Assembly: GCA_003647275.1 (NCBI GenBank)
Contig: QMMN01000009.1
Location: forward strand, 2,496 to 66,495
Direction: 5' to 3'
From: Deltaproteobacteria bacterium
GTDB taxonomy: Bacteria; Desulfobacterota; Desulfobacteria; Desulfobacterales; C00003060
Length of the DNA: 64,000 nt
Both the position numbers and the translations under genes were made by a program. The notes beneath the pieces were generated by a model. The model ran no database searches and was not told the origin of the DNA. It was given only the letters and a program-made list of their open reading frames with translations. Positions 19,253-28,141 of this stretch are shown piece after piece (position 1 is the stretch's first letter; each line of letters opens with the position of its first letter).

Positions 19253-19744
19253 TCACGAACAAGTAGAACCGCAGCTGCTACAGGCCGATGGTGTACAGGA
19301 GGACAGGCTGGGCGTATCATTGATCTCAAGGACTTTCACTTCAAAGGTCAGCGTCTTGCCTGCCAGGGGGTGATTTAGATCCACAGTGATCTTTTCCTCG
19401 TCCACATGTGTCACCTTGGCCGGGATCCGGCCGCCCTGAGGATTCCGGAGGGCCAAAACCTGACCGACCTGTGGGTTCAATCCCTGAGGTAGTTCAGAGC
19501 GCATAAAACTTTGCTTCAGGCTCTCGTCCCGATGCTCGTAAGCCTCCTCAGGAGAAAGGGTAAAGGTCTTCTTTTCGTTTTCGACCATGCCTATGAGTGC
19601 GTCCTCGAATCCCTTGATGATCCTGCCTGCCCCAACTTCAACTTCAATGGGGTGGGAATTGCGGCTGGAATCGAAGACCTCCCCATTTTCCAGGGTGCCC
19701 GTGTAATCGAGTTTGACAAAATGACCCCTTTCAACTTTTTTCAT
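19253..19744 (-). CDS. slyD: FKBP-type peptidyl-prolyl isomerase with Cys-rich tail
   Basis: YTGTLENGEVFDSS, VDLNHPLAGKTLTF, tail SCTPSACSSCGSTCS. Confidence 0.92.
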   Translation of the reverse strand: MKKVERGHFVKLDYTGTLENGEVFDSSRNSHPIEVEVGAGRIIKGFEDALIGMVENEKKTFTLSPEEAYEHRDESLKQSFMRSELPQGLNPQVGQVLALRNPQGGRIPAKVTHVDEEKITVDLNHPLAGKTLTFEVKVLEINDTPSLSSCTPSACSSCGSTCS

Positions 19745-19814
19745 GCTATACTCCTTCTAAGTTTGGATTGTGTTCCTTATTTAAATATGAAATACACTAA
19801 CAGGTATTTCCGCA

Positions 19815-21158
19815 ATGTCAACACAGAAGCCTCCTTTTAACGATAATAGGCGTTTTCTGGCCAATGAAACGGACAATCCTCTACACGAGGCTTTTGATCA
19901 TAAAATGACCGTCCATGCCATGCCTAAAGGCGAATCAATCCGGCCGGAGAAATTGCCTGGGCTTTGGGCAGATGTAATGTCTGCCAAAGATGGCTCCCCG
20001 ATACGTACAATCTATATCCACATCCCTTTTTGTGAGGGGCATTGTCTTTTCTGTGGCTTTTATCAAAACGCTTATCGTTTGGATCTGGCCGAGCAATATG
20101 TGGAGGCCCTTATTCGGGAAATGGAACTTACGGCCGGAACGTCTTTTATCAATGCACGTCCTTTTCAGGCCGTCTACTTTGGTGGGGGCACACCAACAGC
20201 CCTTCCGGCTGAATCACTGACCAGGCTGGTCTCTACCGTGAAAACCCTTTTTCCCCTTTCCAACGATTGTGAAATCACCCTTGAGGGGCGGATCTACAAT
20301 TTTGCCAAAGAAAAGATTGAGGCTGCTTTGAGTGCTGGCATAAATCGCTTTTCTCTGGGAGTCCAGACTTTTGATACTCGGATTAGAAAACGTCTGGGCC
20401 GAAGAGAACCAAGGAAAAAGGTGATTAAGACCCTGACTTATCTTCGGGATCTGGGCAAGGCAGTCGCCATTATCGATCTGATTTATGGTTTGCCAGACCA
20501 GTCACTTGAGATCTGGGAGGACGATATCAGAACCTTTCTTTCCCTTGAGCTTGATGGCTGTGACCTTTATCAGCTAAGTATTTTCAGGGGAGGACTGTTA
20601 GAGAAGTCGGTTGCTAAAGGTTCCCTGCCCAGACCAGCCACCTTAAAGGAACAGGCAGACTACTATGTTCGAGGCGTAGAGCTTATGGAGGCAGCCCACT
20701 ACCGCCGCATTTCCATGACCCACTGGGCGCGGATGAGCAGGGAAAGAAGTCTTTACAATCTCTTTTCCCGGGGTCGGGGTGATTGTGTGCCCCTTGGCTC
20801 TGGGGCCGGCGGCTGGCTCAGAAACTATTTCTTCTTTGTGGAAGGGGACCTTAAAGATTATTTCAGTGCGATCAAAGCAGGGAGAAAGCCTCTGTCCTTT
20901 GGTGTGAAGCGCCCCCAAAGGGATTTTCTCTTCAGAGACATTTCCTACCAGATGGAACTCGGCTATTGCGACCTGGAGGAACTCTCCAAGCGCCATGACC
21001 TTGATCTTTTGACAATCTTGCGGCCAATAATTTCTCAGTGGGAAAAAGTAGACTTAATTAAGCTCACAGATGGCTGCCTTTACCTTACCAGGCCTGGAGA
21101 ATTCTGGGCGGTCAATCTGGCCCAGATGCTCATAGATCGCATCCAAAAAGATCAGTAA
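19815..21158 (+). CDS. hutW: HutW/ChuW-like radical SAM methyltransferase (HemN-like family, anaerobic heme degradation)
   Basis: YIHIPFCEGHCLFCGFYQN, YFGGGTPT, DCEITLEGR, NRFSLGVQTF, 'HWAR..RERSLYN', 'G.FWAVNL'. Confidence 0.75.
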   Translation: MSTQKPPFNDNRRFLANETDNPLHEAFDHKMTVHAMPKGESIRPEKLPGLWADVMSAKDGSPIRTIYIHIPFCEGHCLFCGFYQNAYRLDLAEQYVEALIREMELTAGTSFINARPFQAVYFGGGTPTALPAESLTRLVSTVKTLFPLSNDCEITLEGRIYNFAKEKIEAALSAGINRFSLGVQTFDTRIRKRLGRREPRKKVIKTLTYLRDLGKAVAIIDLIYGLPDQSLEIWEDDIRTFLSLELDGCDLYQLSIFRGGLLEKSVAKGSLPRPATLKEQADYYVRGVELMEAAHYRRISMTHWARMSRERSLYNLFSRGRGDCVPLGSGAGGWLRNYFFFVEGDLKDYFSAIKAGRKPLSFGVKRPQRDFLFRDISYQMELGYCDLEELSKRHDLDLLTILRPIISQWEKVDLIKLTDGCLYLTRPGEFWAVNLAQMLIDRIQKDQ

Positions 21159-21251
21159 GGCAAGATTGGGGGTGTCAATTGTCCCTTGTCTTTTCCTGTT
21201 TCATGCTAAAAAACCATCCCAATTGGATTCAGTTTCGAGCTGAATTTTATT

Positions 21252-21755
21252 ATGGTCAAAGGCGATCGGTTCGGTAAGTACGGGGAGACCAAAGGGATTG
21301 CCAGGCTGAGACAGGCCAGGGCCGCGGATGTGGATTATATCCGAGCTCTAAGCAAGAAGGTGTTTCAGCAGTACGGCCCTTATGAAAACATCCTGGCGTG
21401 CTGGTTTGAGTCGGGCATCACCGTGACCCTTTTGGCGTTGATGCAAAAACGACCTGTGGGGTTCGTCATGCTCGACCGACTTGAGCATAAGTGGTATCTT
21501 CCCCGGGTGTGTGAGCTGTTGGCCATTGCAGTAGAACCCTTAAGATGGAGACTTGGCATTGGTGATCTTCTCATGAGGGGGGTCCAGAGGAAGGCTAAGG
21601 AGCTGGGAATTAAGACACTGGTTTTGCATACAGCCGCAGAAAACTTGCCTGGACAGAAGCTTTTCAAGAAACATGAATTTATCCCGTTCAAGATCAAGAA
21701 GCATTTTTACCCCGAGGGCCAGGATGCCCTGATGATGTACAAGGATATTGTTTAA
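21252..21755 (+). CDS. GNAT (RimI-like) N-acetyltransferase
   Basis: 'LLAIAVEPLRWRLGIGDLL', 'HTAAENLPGQKLF', 'FYPEGQDALMM'. Confidence 0.85.
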   Translation: MVKGDRFGKYGETKGIARLRQARAADVDYIRALSKKVFQQYGPYENILACWFESGITVTLLALMQKRPVGFVMLDRLEHKWYLPRVCELLAIAVEPLRWRLGIGDLLMRGVQRKAKELGIKTLVLHTAAENLPGQKLFKKHEFIPFKIKKHFYPEGQDALMMYKDIV

Positions 21756-21883
21756 GATTTTGTGGGACGGGACTTCAAAAACGGGTCGGACCGTGCCAAC
21801 CGATTGATGTTGGTTAACAGCCGTGCACCTGGCATGAGGAGATTCCCATTGACGGCTGATAAACAGCAAAAAAGGGCTAAAAT

Positions 21884-21957
21884 TTGAACTGCAAAAGCGA
21901 GCGCATCCTCCAGATTCTGCCTGACGGCAGTGCTTCTCGGGCCGCAGGGCGCTGCAA
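21884..21957 (+). repeat. Palindromic repeat family copy C
   Basis: ttgaactgcaaaagcgagcgcat..ctgcctgacggcagtgcttc..gcagggcgctgcaa. Confidence 0.85.
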
Positions 21958-22070
21958 TAAGGATGATACGAAGATTTTGGAGGAGAGGCTATAAGTTTTC
22001 TGAAGACAATGGATGAGGCCCAGGGGGGTGCAGAGACCTTCCGTTCATCTCATCGGCGCAGGAGGTCCTT

Positions 22071-22226
22071 ATGACACTCAAGACTCGATCTCTCATTTAT
22101 TTGGTAGGGTTGTCTGTTGTTGATGTGGTCATCCCCATCCCGATCCTTGGTATGATCTTGATTTTCGTGGTACTGCAGAAGCCCCCTTTGTTTCTGAAGG
22201 TGGTACGCGAGCTTTACGAGATATAG
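22071..22226 (+). CDS. Small membrane protein (51 aa), not in the ORF track
   Basis: aggagg RBS; MTLKTRSLIYLVGLSVVDVVIPIPILGMILIFVVLQKPPLFLKVVRELYEI. Confidence 0.7.
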   Translation: MTLKTRSLIYLVGLSVVDVVIPIPILGMILIFVVLQKPPLFLKVVRELYEI

Positions 22227-22419
22227 TACTCCTTCCCGTTCAAGCATTCTACACGATCAGGACAAGATCGGGGGCATCCGTGACCGGCTTGCTTTCCGCA
22301 AGGCTCCCTATAGAAAAAAGGATTAACGGCGTTCCTGTCGTGGATTAGGGGAAGCTGTTGGAAATGGTTCAACAGCGGTGATTTTTCATGACTAGATGGC
22401 TTTTTCGGGGGTGATTCCC

Positions 22420-23382
22420 ATGGAGAGGAAAGGATACAGCCATTTCAGGGATAAGGAATGTCTCTTCAAGGTGCTGGAGGAAATAAAGGCTCGGGTCAAC
22501 CATGACTATTCAAATTTGGCAATAATGCTGTGCAAGGAGATCAAGGAATATTACCGGCAGATACCGAAAAAAGCCGACGAATCCGGAAAAAAAGTGAAGC
22601 CGAAGCTGCTTGTTGGCTTGTCAGGAGGCGTGGATTCTTCAGTTGTCGTATATCTAGCCGCTAAAGCCGTTGGTGTTGAAAACGTTGTTGCGATCACCAT
22701 GCCTGCAAGGGGGAATGATAAAAGCGTCCATTTCTCGAACCTTGTGAGAGAGAAGTTAGGGATGAATGACCAATCTGTCCAGTACGTTATTCCCATCTCG
22801 GAGATTGTCAGAAAGGAAATAGAAACAATCAACAGCCTTAGATGGAAAGGTATTGCAATCAACGCTGTAAGAAAACGCCAAACAGATATGGACAGGATGC
22901 GCATAGGCAACTTTGCCTCACGGGCAAGGATCGCGATTCTTTATGACATAGCAAGGAAAGTGAACGGAAAGGTCCTTGGAACAGGCAACCGTCCGGAGTT
23001 TGTGCAAGGCTATGCAGCAAAATATGGAACACCCATCTCTTTTGATTTCGGCATCCTAGACGAGCTGTACAAGACTGACATTTATGAGCTTGCCACAGTT
23101 TTGAACCTGCCTGAAGAGATTATCAACAAGACGCCATCCACAGGCTACTTTCCCGGCCAGACCCACGAAGAGGAGCTTGGAGCTACCTGTGAGGAGCAGG
23201 ATGCATTAGCCTTCTTGCTGTTTGAAAAAAGGAAAGGGATAGATGAGATTGTAAAGAAGTATAAAATCAAAAAGGCATTTGTTAAAACAATGCTTAAAAG
23301 ATACGAAAGAAGCAAGGAGAAGCGTATGCTCAGGCAGCCTCACATCAAATTGGGGTTCATAGAGGATGGAAATGTTCAATGA
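22420..23382 (+). CDS. nadE: NH3-dependent NAD+ synthetase-like protein (divergent)
   Basis: PP-loop LSGGVDSS, GNFASRAR, GTGNRPE..GY..KYG, LYKTDIYELA, GQTHEEELG. Confidence 0.75.
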   Translation: MERKGYSHFRDKECLFKVLEEIKARVNHDYSNLAIMLCKEIKEYYRQIPKKADESGKKVKPKLLVGLSGGVDSSVVVYLAAKAVGVENVVAITMPARGNDKSVHFSNLVREKLGMNDQSVQYVIPISEIVRKEIETINSLRWKGIAINAVRKRQTDMDRMRIGNFASRARIAILYDIARKVNGKVLGTGNRPEFVQGYAAKYGTPISFDFGILDELYKTDIYELATVLNLPEEIINKTPSTGYFPGQTHEEELGATCEEQDALAFLLFEKRKGIDEIVKKYKIKKAFVKTMLKRYERSKEKRMLRQPHIKLGFIEDGNVQ

Positions 23383-24607
23383 CAAGAATTACTCAAAGGT
23401 CTTGGTCATTGGGGCCGGAAGCGGTCGCGACATGGCAAGCTCTGTTCTTGTCACGGAGAAACTTCGCAAACTGAAGATTGGTGTGGATTTGGCTGGCTTC
23501 TTGACGCCGTGGGCGCTGCACACCTTTGATGGGGAGCTTGAAAAGCCTGTCAATGAGCTGGCAGACAAAAAGAGCAGGAAATTCATAGCTTCCAGAGAGG
23601 GTGTTTCGCTTGATTCATATTTTGAGCCAGAACTGGCCAGATTAAACAGGGAATTTGGCCTGGAAATAGGGGCGTTTTATCTGTTCTCGCTACAGTATGG
23701 GACAGAGAATCTCAAAGACCAGCTTGAAAGATTAATAAAAGAAAATTCTTACGATGCAATCATTGCCTTAGATGTGGGTGGAGACATCCTGGCACGAAAG
23801 AAAGATTATTCGTGGCTCCTTACCCCCATTGTCGATCTCTCATGTCTCAGCATCCTAGCGGGCCTGCGCTTAAAGATAGACCGCTATCTGACTGTGGTTG
23901 CTCCGGGGGTGGATGGAGAGATACCCTGCCAGAACCTGATAGAGCTTTTTGATGAATTGAAGAGTAAAGGATTGGTTCTAGGCTCTGAAGCGCTTGGAAA
24001 AAGCAGCAGCAATTATCAGGTATTCCAGCGCATCAGCAAACACATAAGTTCACAGACACGCTCTCACAGCAATACATTCAGGCTCATTGAAAAGGTGGTA
24101 TCTGCTACCAGCGCCCACATTTCAGAGACCATTGAAAAAAGGGTTTCTGTAAAGGGAAGGAGATGGAGGCTTTCCTTCCCTGTTGATCTAAAGCCCTCTT
24201 TGGCGAAGGGCATGTATCATTTCAACCTCAAAAGCGTCCATTCAATCAGGGATGTCAGGCTCAGATACGAGAAGATATTTGAAGCTTTTTTGAAACTGAA
24301 GCAGCTTGGGGCCGGAGGCACTGAAGTTGACCTTTCCTTTATCCCACGTGCGATAGCGGGTGGGGCGTATAAGGACACAATCTTTCTTTTAACGCCCCCT
24401 GAACGCCTCAAAGGCAAAGTAAGAAAGGACATACTTGAATATGGCATAAAACTAACAGAACAAGGGGATATCCCGTGCTCAGTGATATTGGAAAAAGACA
24501 GGCACGCCCTCAGCCTTCCGCCCAACCTTGACGTTGAGAAAGGAGGTGGCTTTTATACCGTGTGCCAAAGTCGCTCCAGACGAGCCCTTTTTGACAGAAC
24601 GGGCTAA
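23366..24607 (+). CDS. DUF1152-like protein with C-terminal extension
   Basis: IGAGSGRD, ALDVGGDILA, TPIVD, PGVDGE motifs; overlaps the nadE-like gene by 17 bp. Confidence 0.65.
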   Translation: MEMFNDKNYSKVLVIGAGSGRDMASSVLVTEKLRKLKIGVDLAGFLTPWALHTFDGELEKPVNELADKKSRKFIASREGVSLDSYFEPELARLNREFGLEIGAFYLFSLQYGTENLKDQLERLIKENSYDAIIALDVGGDILARKKDYSWLLTPIVDLSCLSILAGLRLKIDRYLTVVAPGVDGEIPCQNLIELFDELKSKGLVLGSEALGKSSSNYQVFQRISKHISSQTRSHSNTFRLIEKVVSATSAHISETIEKRVSVKGRRWRLSFPVDLKPSLAKGMYHFNLKSVHSIRDVRLRYEKIFEAFLKLKQLGAGGTEVDLSFIPRAIAGGAYKDTIFLLTPPERLKGKVRKDILEYGIKLTEQGDIPCSVILEKDRHALSLPPNLDVEKGGGFYTVCQSRSRRALFDRTG

Positions 24608-24677
24608 AATCATCCTTCTGTTTCATTCCTTTCATAACGAGGACTTGTTTTCTTGAGTGGTTTATCCCCTCTTCTGG

Positions 24678-24902
24678 TTATTGGTTCCCAAAGCCACGCA
24701 ACTCGCCGCAATCGGGGCACGTCCAGGTAATGGCGTTGCAGGTCATGCCCCACAAATTTTCCTCCATGCACTCCGGGCATATCTGAAAACCGCAGCGACA
24801 GGTCCAGCAGAAGGGAAGTTCTTGCCCACATATATGGCAGCAATACCTCTTTTGCCTTTTCCTGTTGGGTCTTGTGCTGCTGTTTACCTGTTGTACTTCC
24901 AT
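24678..24902 (-). CDS. Small Cys-rich (zinc-finger-like) protein
   Basis: CCHIC, CWTCRC, CPEC, C, CPDC in 74 aa; ggagg upstream. Confidence 0.7.
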   Translation of the reverse strand: MEVQQVNSSTRPNRKRQKRYCCHICGQELPFCWTCRCGFQICPECMEENLWGMTCNAITWTCPDCGELRGFGNQ

Positions 24903-25151
24903 AGGTGATTATACCTCCCGCTACCTGATTTATTATTTCAGGCTTTCGCCGAGTGAGCATCCTTTTGACCTGGAATATTTTCCTACAAATACCTGCATCA
25001 CTATGGTATTTATATTTTATAATACAGAATTGGAAATTGTCCATGGCCGTTGTCATGGTTCCTGATTCATGGTAATGATCCTTTCTGGGACTTGTCTTCG
25101 GGTGCCAAACCGAATTAACACATACACCTTCCTAAAATGCCGGAAAGGATC

Positions 25152-27824
25152 ATGACCTCCAAGGAAAAGACCATCTATCTCATTGACGGAAGCGGCTATA
25201 TATACCGAGCCTACCATGCCGTGCGTCACCTATCCACAAGTCGGGGGCTTCCCACAAATGCCACCTTTGGCTTTACAAACATGCTCCTAAAGCTTCTGTC
25301 TGAGAAAAAGTCTGAATACATGGCTATGGCTTTTGATGCCAAGGGCCCCACCTTTCGCCATGAAATATACGAAGCTTATAAGGCGAACCGCCCCCCCATG
25401 CCAGAGGACCTTGCCGTGCAGATACCCTACATCAAGCAAATCGTTGAGGGAATGAACATCCCCTCATTGGAATGTGAAGGTTATGAGGCCGACGATATTA
25501 TCGGAACTGTGGCCCGCACTGCAGAGATGAAGGGCTTCAGGGTAGTCATGGTCACGGGCGACAAGGATTTTAAACAGTTGGTCTCCCGCAGGATCAGCAT
25601 CTGGGATCCCATGAAAGACCGCATCATCGATTATGAAGGCTTAAAGAAAGACTTTGGCTTAGAGCCCTCTCAATGGGTGGATGTCATGGCCCTTGCCGGT
25701 GATACCTCGGATAATATTCCAGGGGTTCCCGGCATCGGGGAAAAGACTGCCATTAAGTTGGTCAAGTCCTTTGGGAGTGTGGCGGGAATTTATCGGAACC
25801 TTGACAAGATAACCAAAAAGAAACTTCGCGAGAACCTGGCCAACTTCCGTGAACAGGCCATGTTAAGCCGTGGGCTGGTGGCGATCAATACCGAGGTCCC
25901 TCTGTCTGTCGAGTTGGCATCATTCAGGATTTCAGACCCTGATGCAGACAGGCTGGCCCGTCTTTTCCAGGACCTGGAGTTTCAAAGACTCCAGAAGCAG
26001 TTTCTGATAAGGAGCGACCTTAGCCATAAAAACTATCGCGTGATTCTGGATGATGAAGGGCTCAAGACGCTAATCAATGAGCTGAAGCAGGCAGGGATGT
26101 TTGCCCTCGACATAGAGACAACGGCAAAGGACCCCATGCGGGCTGAGATTGTGGGTCTCTCCTTTTCGTGCCGGCCGAACGAGGCCGCCTATATCCCCTT
26201 GCGACACCGCTATTCCGGTGCACCCACGCAGCTTGATCCTGACCGTACCCTTGCGAGTTTGAAACCCCTTCTTGAAGACCCAAAGCTGGCCAAAGTGGGC
26301 CAAAATATCAAGTACGACTGGACGATATTGAAGCGGGCCGGGGTTGATCTGCAAGGCGTTATTTTTGACACCATGGTGGCTTCCTACCTCCTGAACCCGA
26401 CCCGGCGCTCCCATAGCCTGGAGGCGATTGCGGCCGAATACCTTGACCATAAAATGATATCTTATAAGGAAGTCACCGGTGGTAACAAGGGCTTTGACAA
26501 GGTCACCGTGGAGGATGCAATGCCTTATGCCTGCGAGGATGCTGATATGACTCTGATGGCCTACGAGGCCCTAAATCCCAAACTCCATGAGGGCGGCTTT
26601 GACAGCCTCTTTAAAGAAGTAGAGATGCCTCTTGTACCGGTCCTTGTGGACATGGAAATGACAGGGATTTGCGTGGATAAGGATCGCCTTGAGGCCGTAT
26701 CAAAAGACTTTGAGCGCCAGCTCCATGAAATAGAGGACCGGATATACGCCATGGCCGGGGAAAGCTTCAATATTCAATCCCATCAGCAACTGGGCCGCAT
26801 ACTCTTTGAAAAGCTCAAGCTTCCGATTCAAAAAAAGACGAAAAAGAAAACAGGTTATTCCACGGATGTGGAGGTCCTCACAGCGCTGTCTGTGGAGCAT
26901 GAAATCCCGGCATTGGTCCTTCAATACCGTTCACTGGCCAAGCTCAAGTCCACTTATGCCGATGCCCTGGTTGACCTCATTCACCCAGAAACGCACCGCA
27001 TCCATACCTCATACAATCAGACCATCACAGCCACCGGCCGTTTGAGCAGCAGTGATCCCAATCTTCAAAACATCCCCGTGCGGACTGAGGAGGGGCGTAA
27101 AATCCGGGCTGCCTTTATTCCGCGGGAAGGCTGGACCCTGCTTTCTGCGGACTATTCTCAGATAGAGCTTCGGCTCCTTGCCCACTATTCACAGGACCCC
27201 ATCCTTGTTGAGGCCTTTGAACAAGACCAGGATATCCATGCACGCACGGCTGCAGAGGTTTTTCAGCTCCTGCCGGGTATGCTTACGCGGGAGATGCGTC
27301 GTCAGGCCAAGGTTATCAACTTCGGGATCATTTACGGGATGAGCCCTTTCAGGCTCTCCAAGGAGTTGGGGATCAGCCAGAAGATGGCAAAAATGTACAT
27401 TAAAAACTATTTTAACAGGTATACGGGCGTGAAGCGTTTCATAGAGGAGATCAAAGAGGACGCCCGGAAGGCGGGCAAGGTCACCACACTGCTGGGCCGT
27501 CATCGCTGGCTGCCTGACATTTCAAGCCCAAACCGCATTGCCCGTGAGTTTGCCGAGCGCACGGCGGTCAACACGCCCCTTCAGGGCACAGCCGCAGACC
27601 TCATTAAGGTGGCCATGATACGGATACACCAGGCGCTTGACCAAATGCGCCTGAAGGCCAAGATGCTTTTGCAGGTCCATGATGAACTGGTGTTTGAGAC
27701 CCCCCCGGAGGAGCTAACGCGTGTGAAAAAACTTGTCGCAGAGATCATGGAGGGGGCCTACAAGTTAAGCGTGCCGCTCAAGGTTGACATGAGGACAGGC
27801 CGGAACTGGGCGGAAGTGGATTGA
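25152..27824 (+). CDS. polA: DNA polymerase I
   Basis: 5'-3' exo (LIDGS..YRAYH, GYEADD), 3'-5' exo (DIET, GQNIKYD), pol motifs DYSQIELR, AKVINFGIIYG, LQVHDEL. Confidence 0.97.
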   Translation: MTSKEKTIYLIDGSGYIYRAYHAVRHLSTSRGLPTNATFGFTNMLLKLLSEKKSEYMAMAFDAKGPTFRHEIYEAYKANRPPMPEDLAVQIPYIKQIVEGMNIPSLECEGYEADDIIGTVARTAEMKGFRVVMVTGDKDFKQLVSRRISIWDPMKDRIIDYEGLKKDFGLEPSQWVDVMALAGDTSDNIPGVPGIGEKTAIKLVKSFGSVAGIYRNLDKITKKKLRENLANFREQAMLSRGLVAINTEVPLSVELASFRISDPDADRLARLFQDLEFQRLQKQFLIRSDLSHKNYRVILDDEGLKTLINELKQAGMFALDIETTAKDPMRAEIVGLSFSCRPNEAAYIPLRHRYSGAPTQLDPDRTLASLKPLLEDPKLAKVGQNIKYDWTILKRAGVDLQGVIFDTMVASYLLNPTRRSHSLEAIAAEYLDHKMISYKEVTGGNKGFDKVTVEDAMPYACEDADMTLMAYEALNPKLHEGGFDSLFKEVEMPLVPVLVDMEMTGICVDKDRLEAVSKDFERQLHEIEDRIYAMAGESFNIQSHQQLGRILFEKLKLPIQKKTKKKTGYSTDVEVLTALSVEHEIPALVLQYRSLAKLKSTYADALVDLIHPETHRIHTSYNQTITATGRLSSSDPNLQNIPVRTEEGRKIRAAFIPREGWTLLSADYSQIELRLLAHYSQDPILVEAFEQDQDIHARTAAEVFQLLPGMLTREMRRQAKVINFGIIYGMSPFRLSKELGISQKMAKMYIKNYFNRYTGVKRFIEEIKEDARKAGKVTTLLGRHRWLPDISSPNRIAREFAERTAVNTPLQGTAADLIKVAMIRIHQALDQMRLKAKMLLQVHDELVFETPPEELTRVKKLVAEIMEGAYKLSVPLKVDMRTGRNWAEVD

Positions 27825-27856
27825 AGCATTTGCCCCCAGCCGGTTGCAGATTCGGG

Positions 27857-28018
27857 CTATTCTTCCTCAACTGCGTACTCTAAAATTGCTTCCTTTACGC
27901 TTTTGTAAATACTCTTGAAGGTTTCATCAAAAGAGGCAGGAGAAACGCGCCCGACTTCAATAAACTTGGTCACAATCTCTTTGGCCACTTTCAGTACTTG
28001 CTCATCGATCGACCTCAT
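27857..28018 (-). CDS. Small conserved hypothetical protein (53 aa), not in the ORF track
   Basis: ggagg RBS; MRSIDEQVLKVAKEIVTKFIEVGRVSPASFDETFKSIY... Confidence 0.7.
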   Translation of the reverse strand: MRSIDEQVLKVAKEIVTKFIEVGRVSPASFDETFKSIYKSVKEAILEYAVEEE

Positions 28019-28141
28019 GCTGGCCTCCAAAAAAGGTTTTAGTGCACGGCGGCTTGAACCAAATAAAGGGCTCGGAAATTCTGCAACTTATTGAAATTAT
28101 GGGCTTACGCAGGCAACTTGAGGGCCTCCCTCCCCGGAAGC

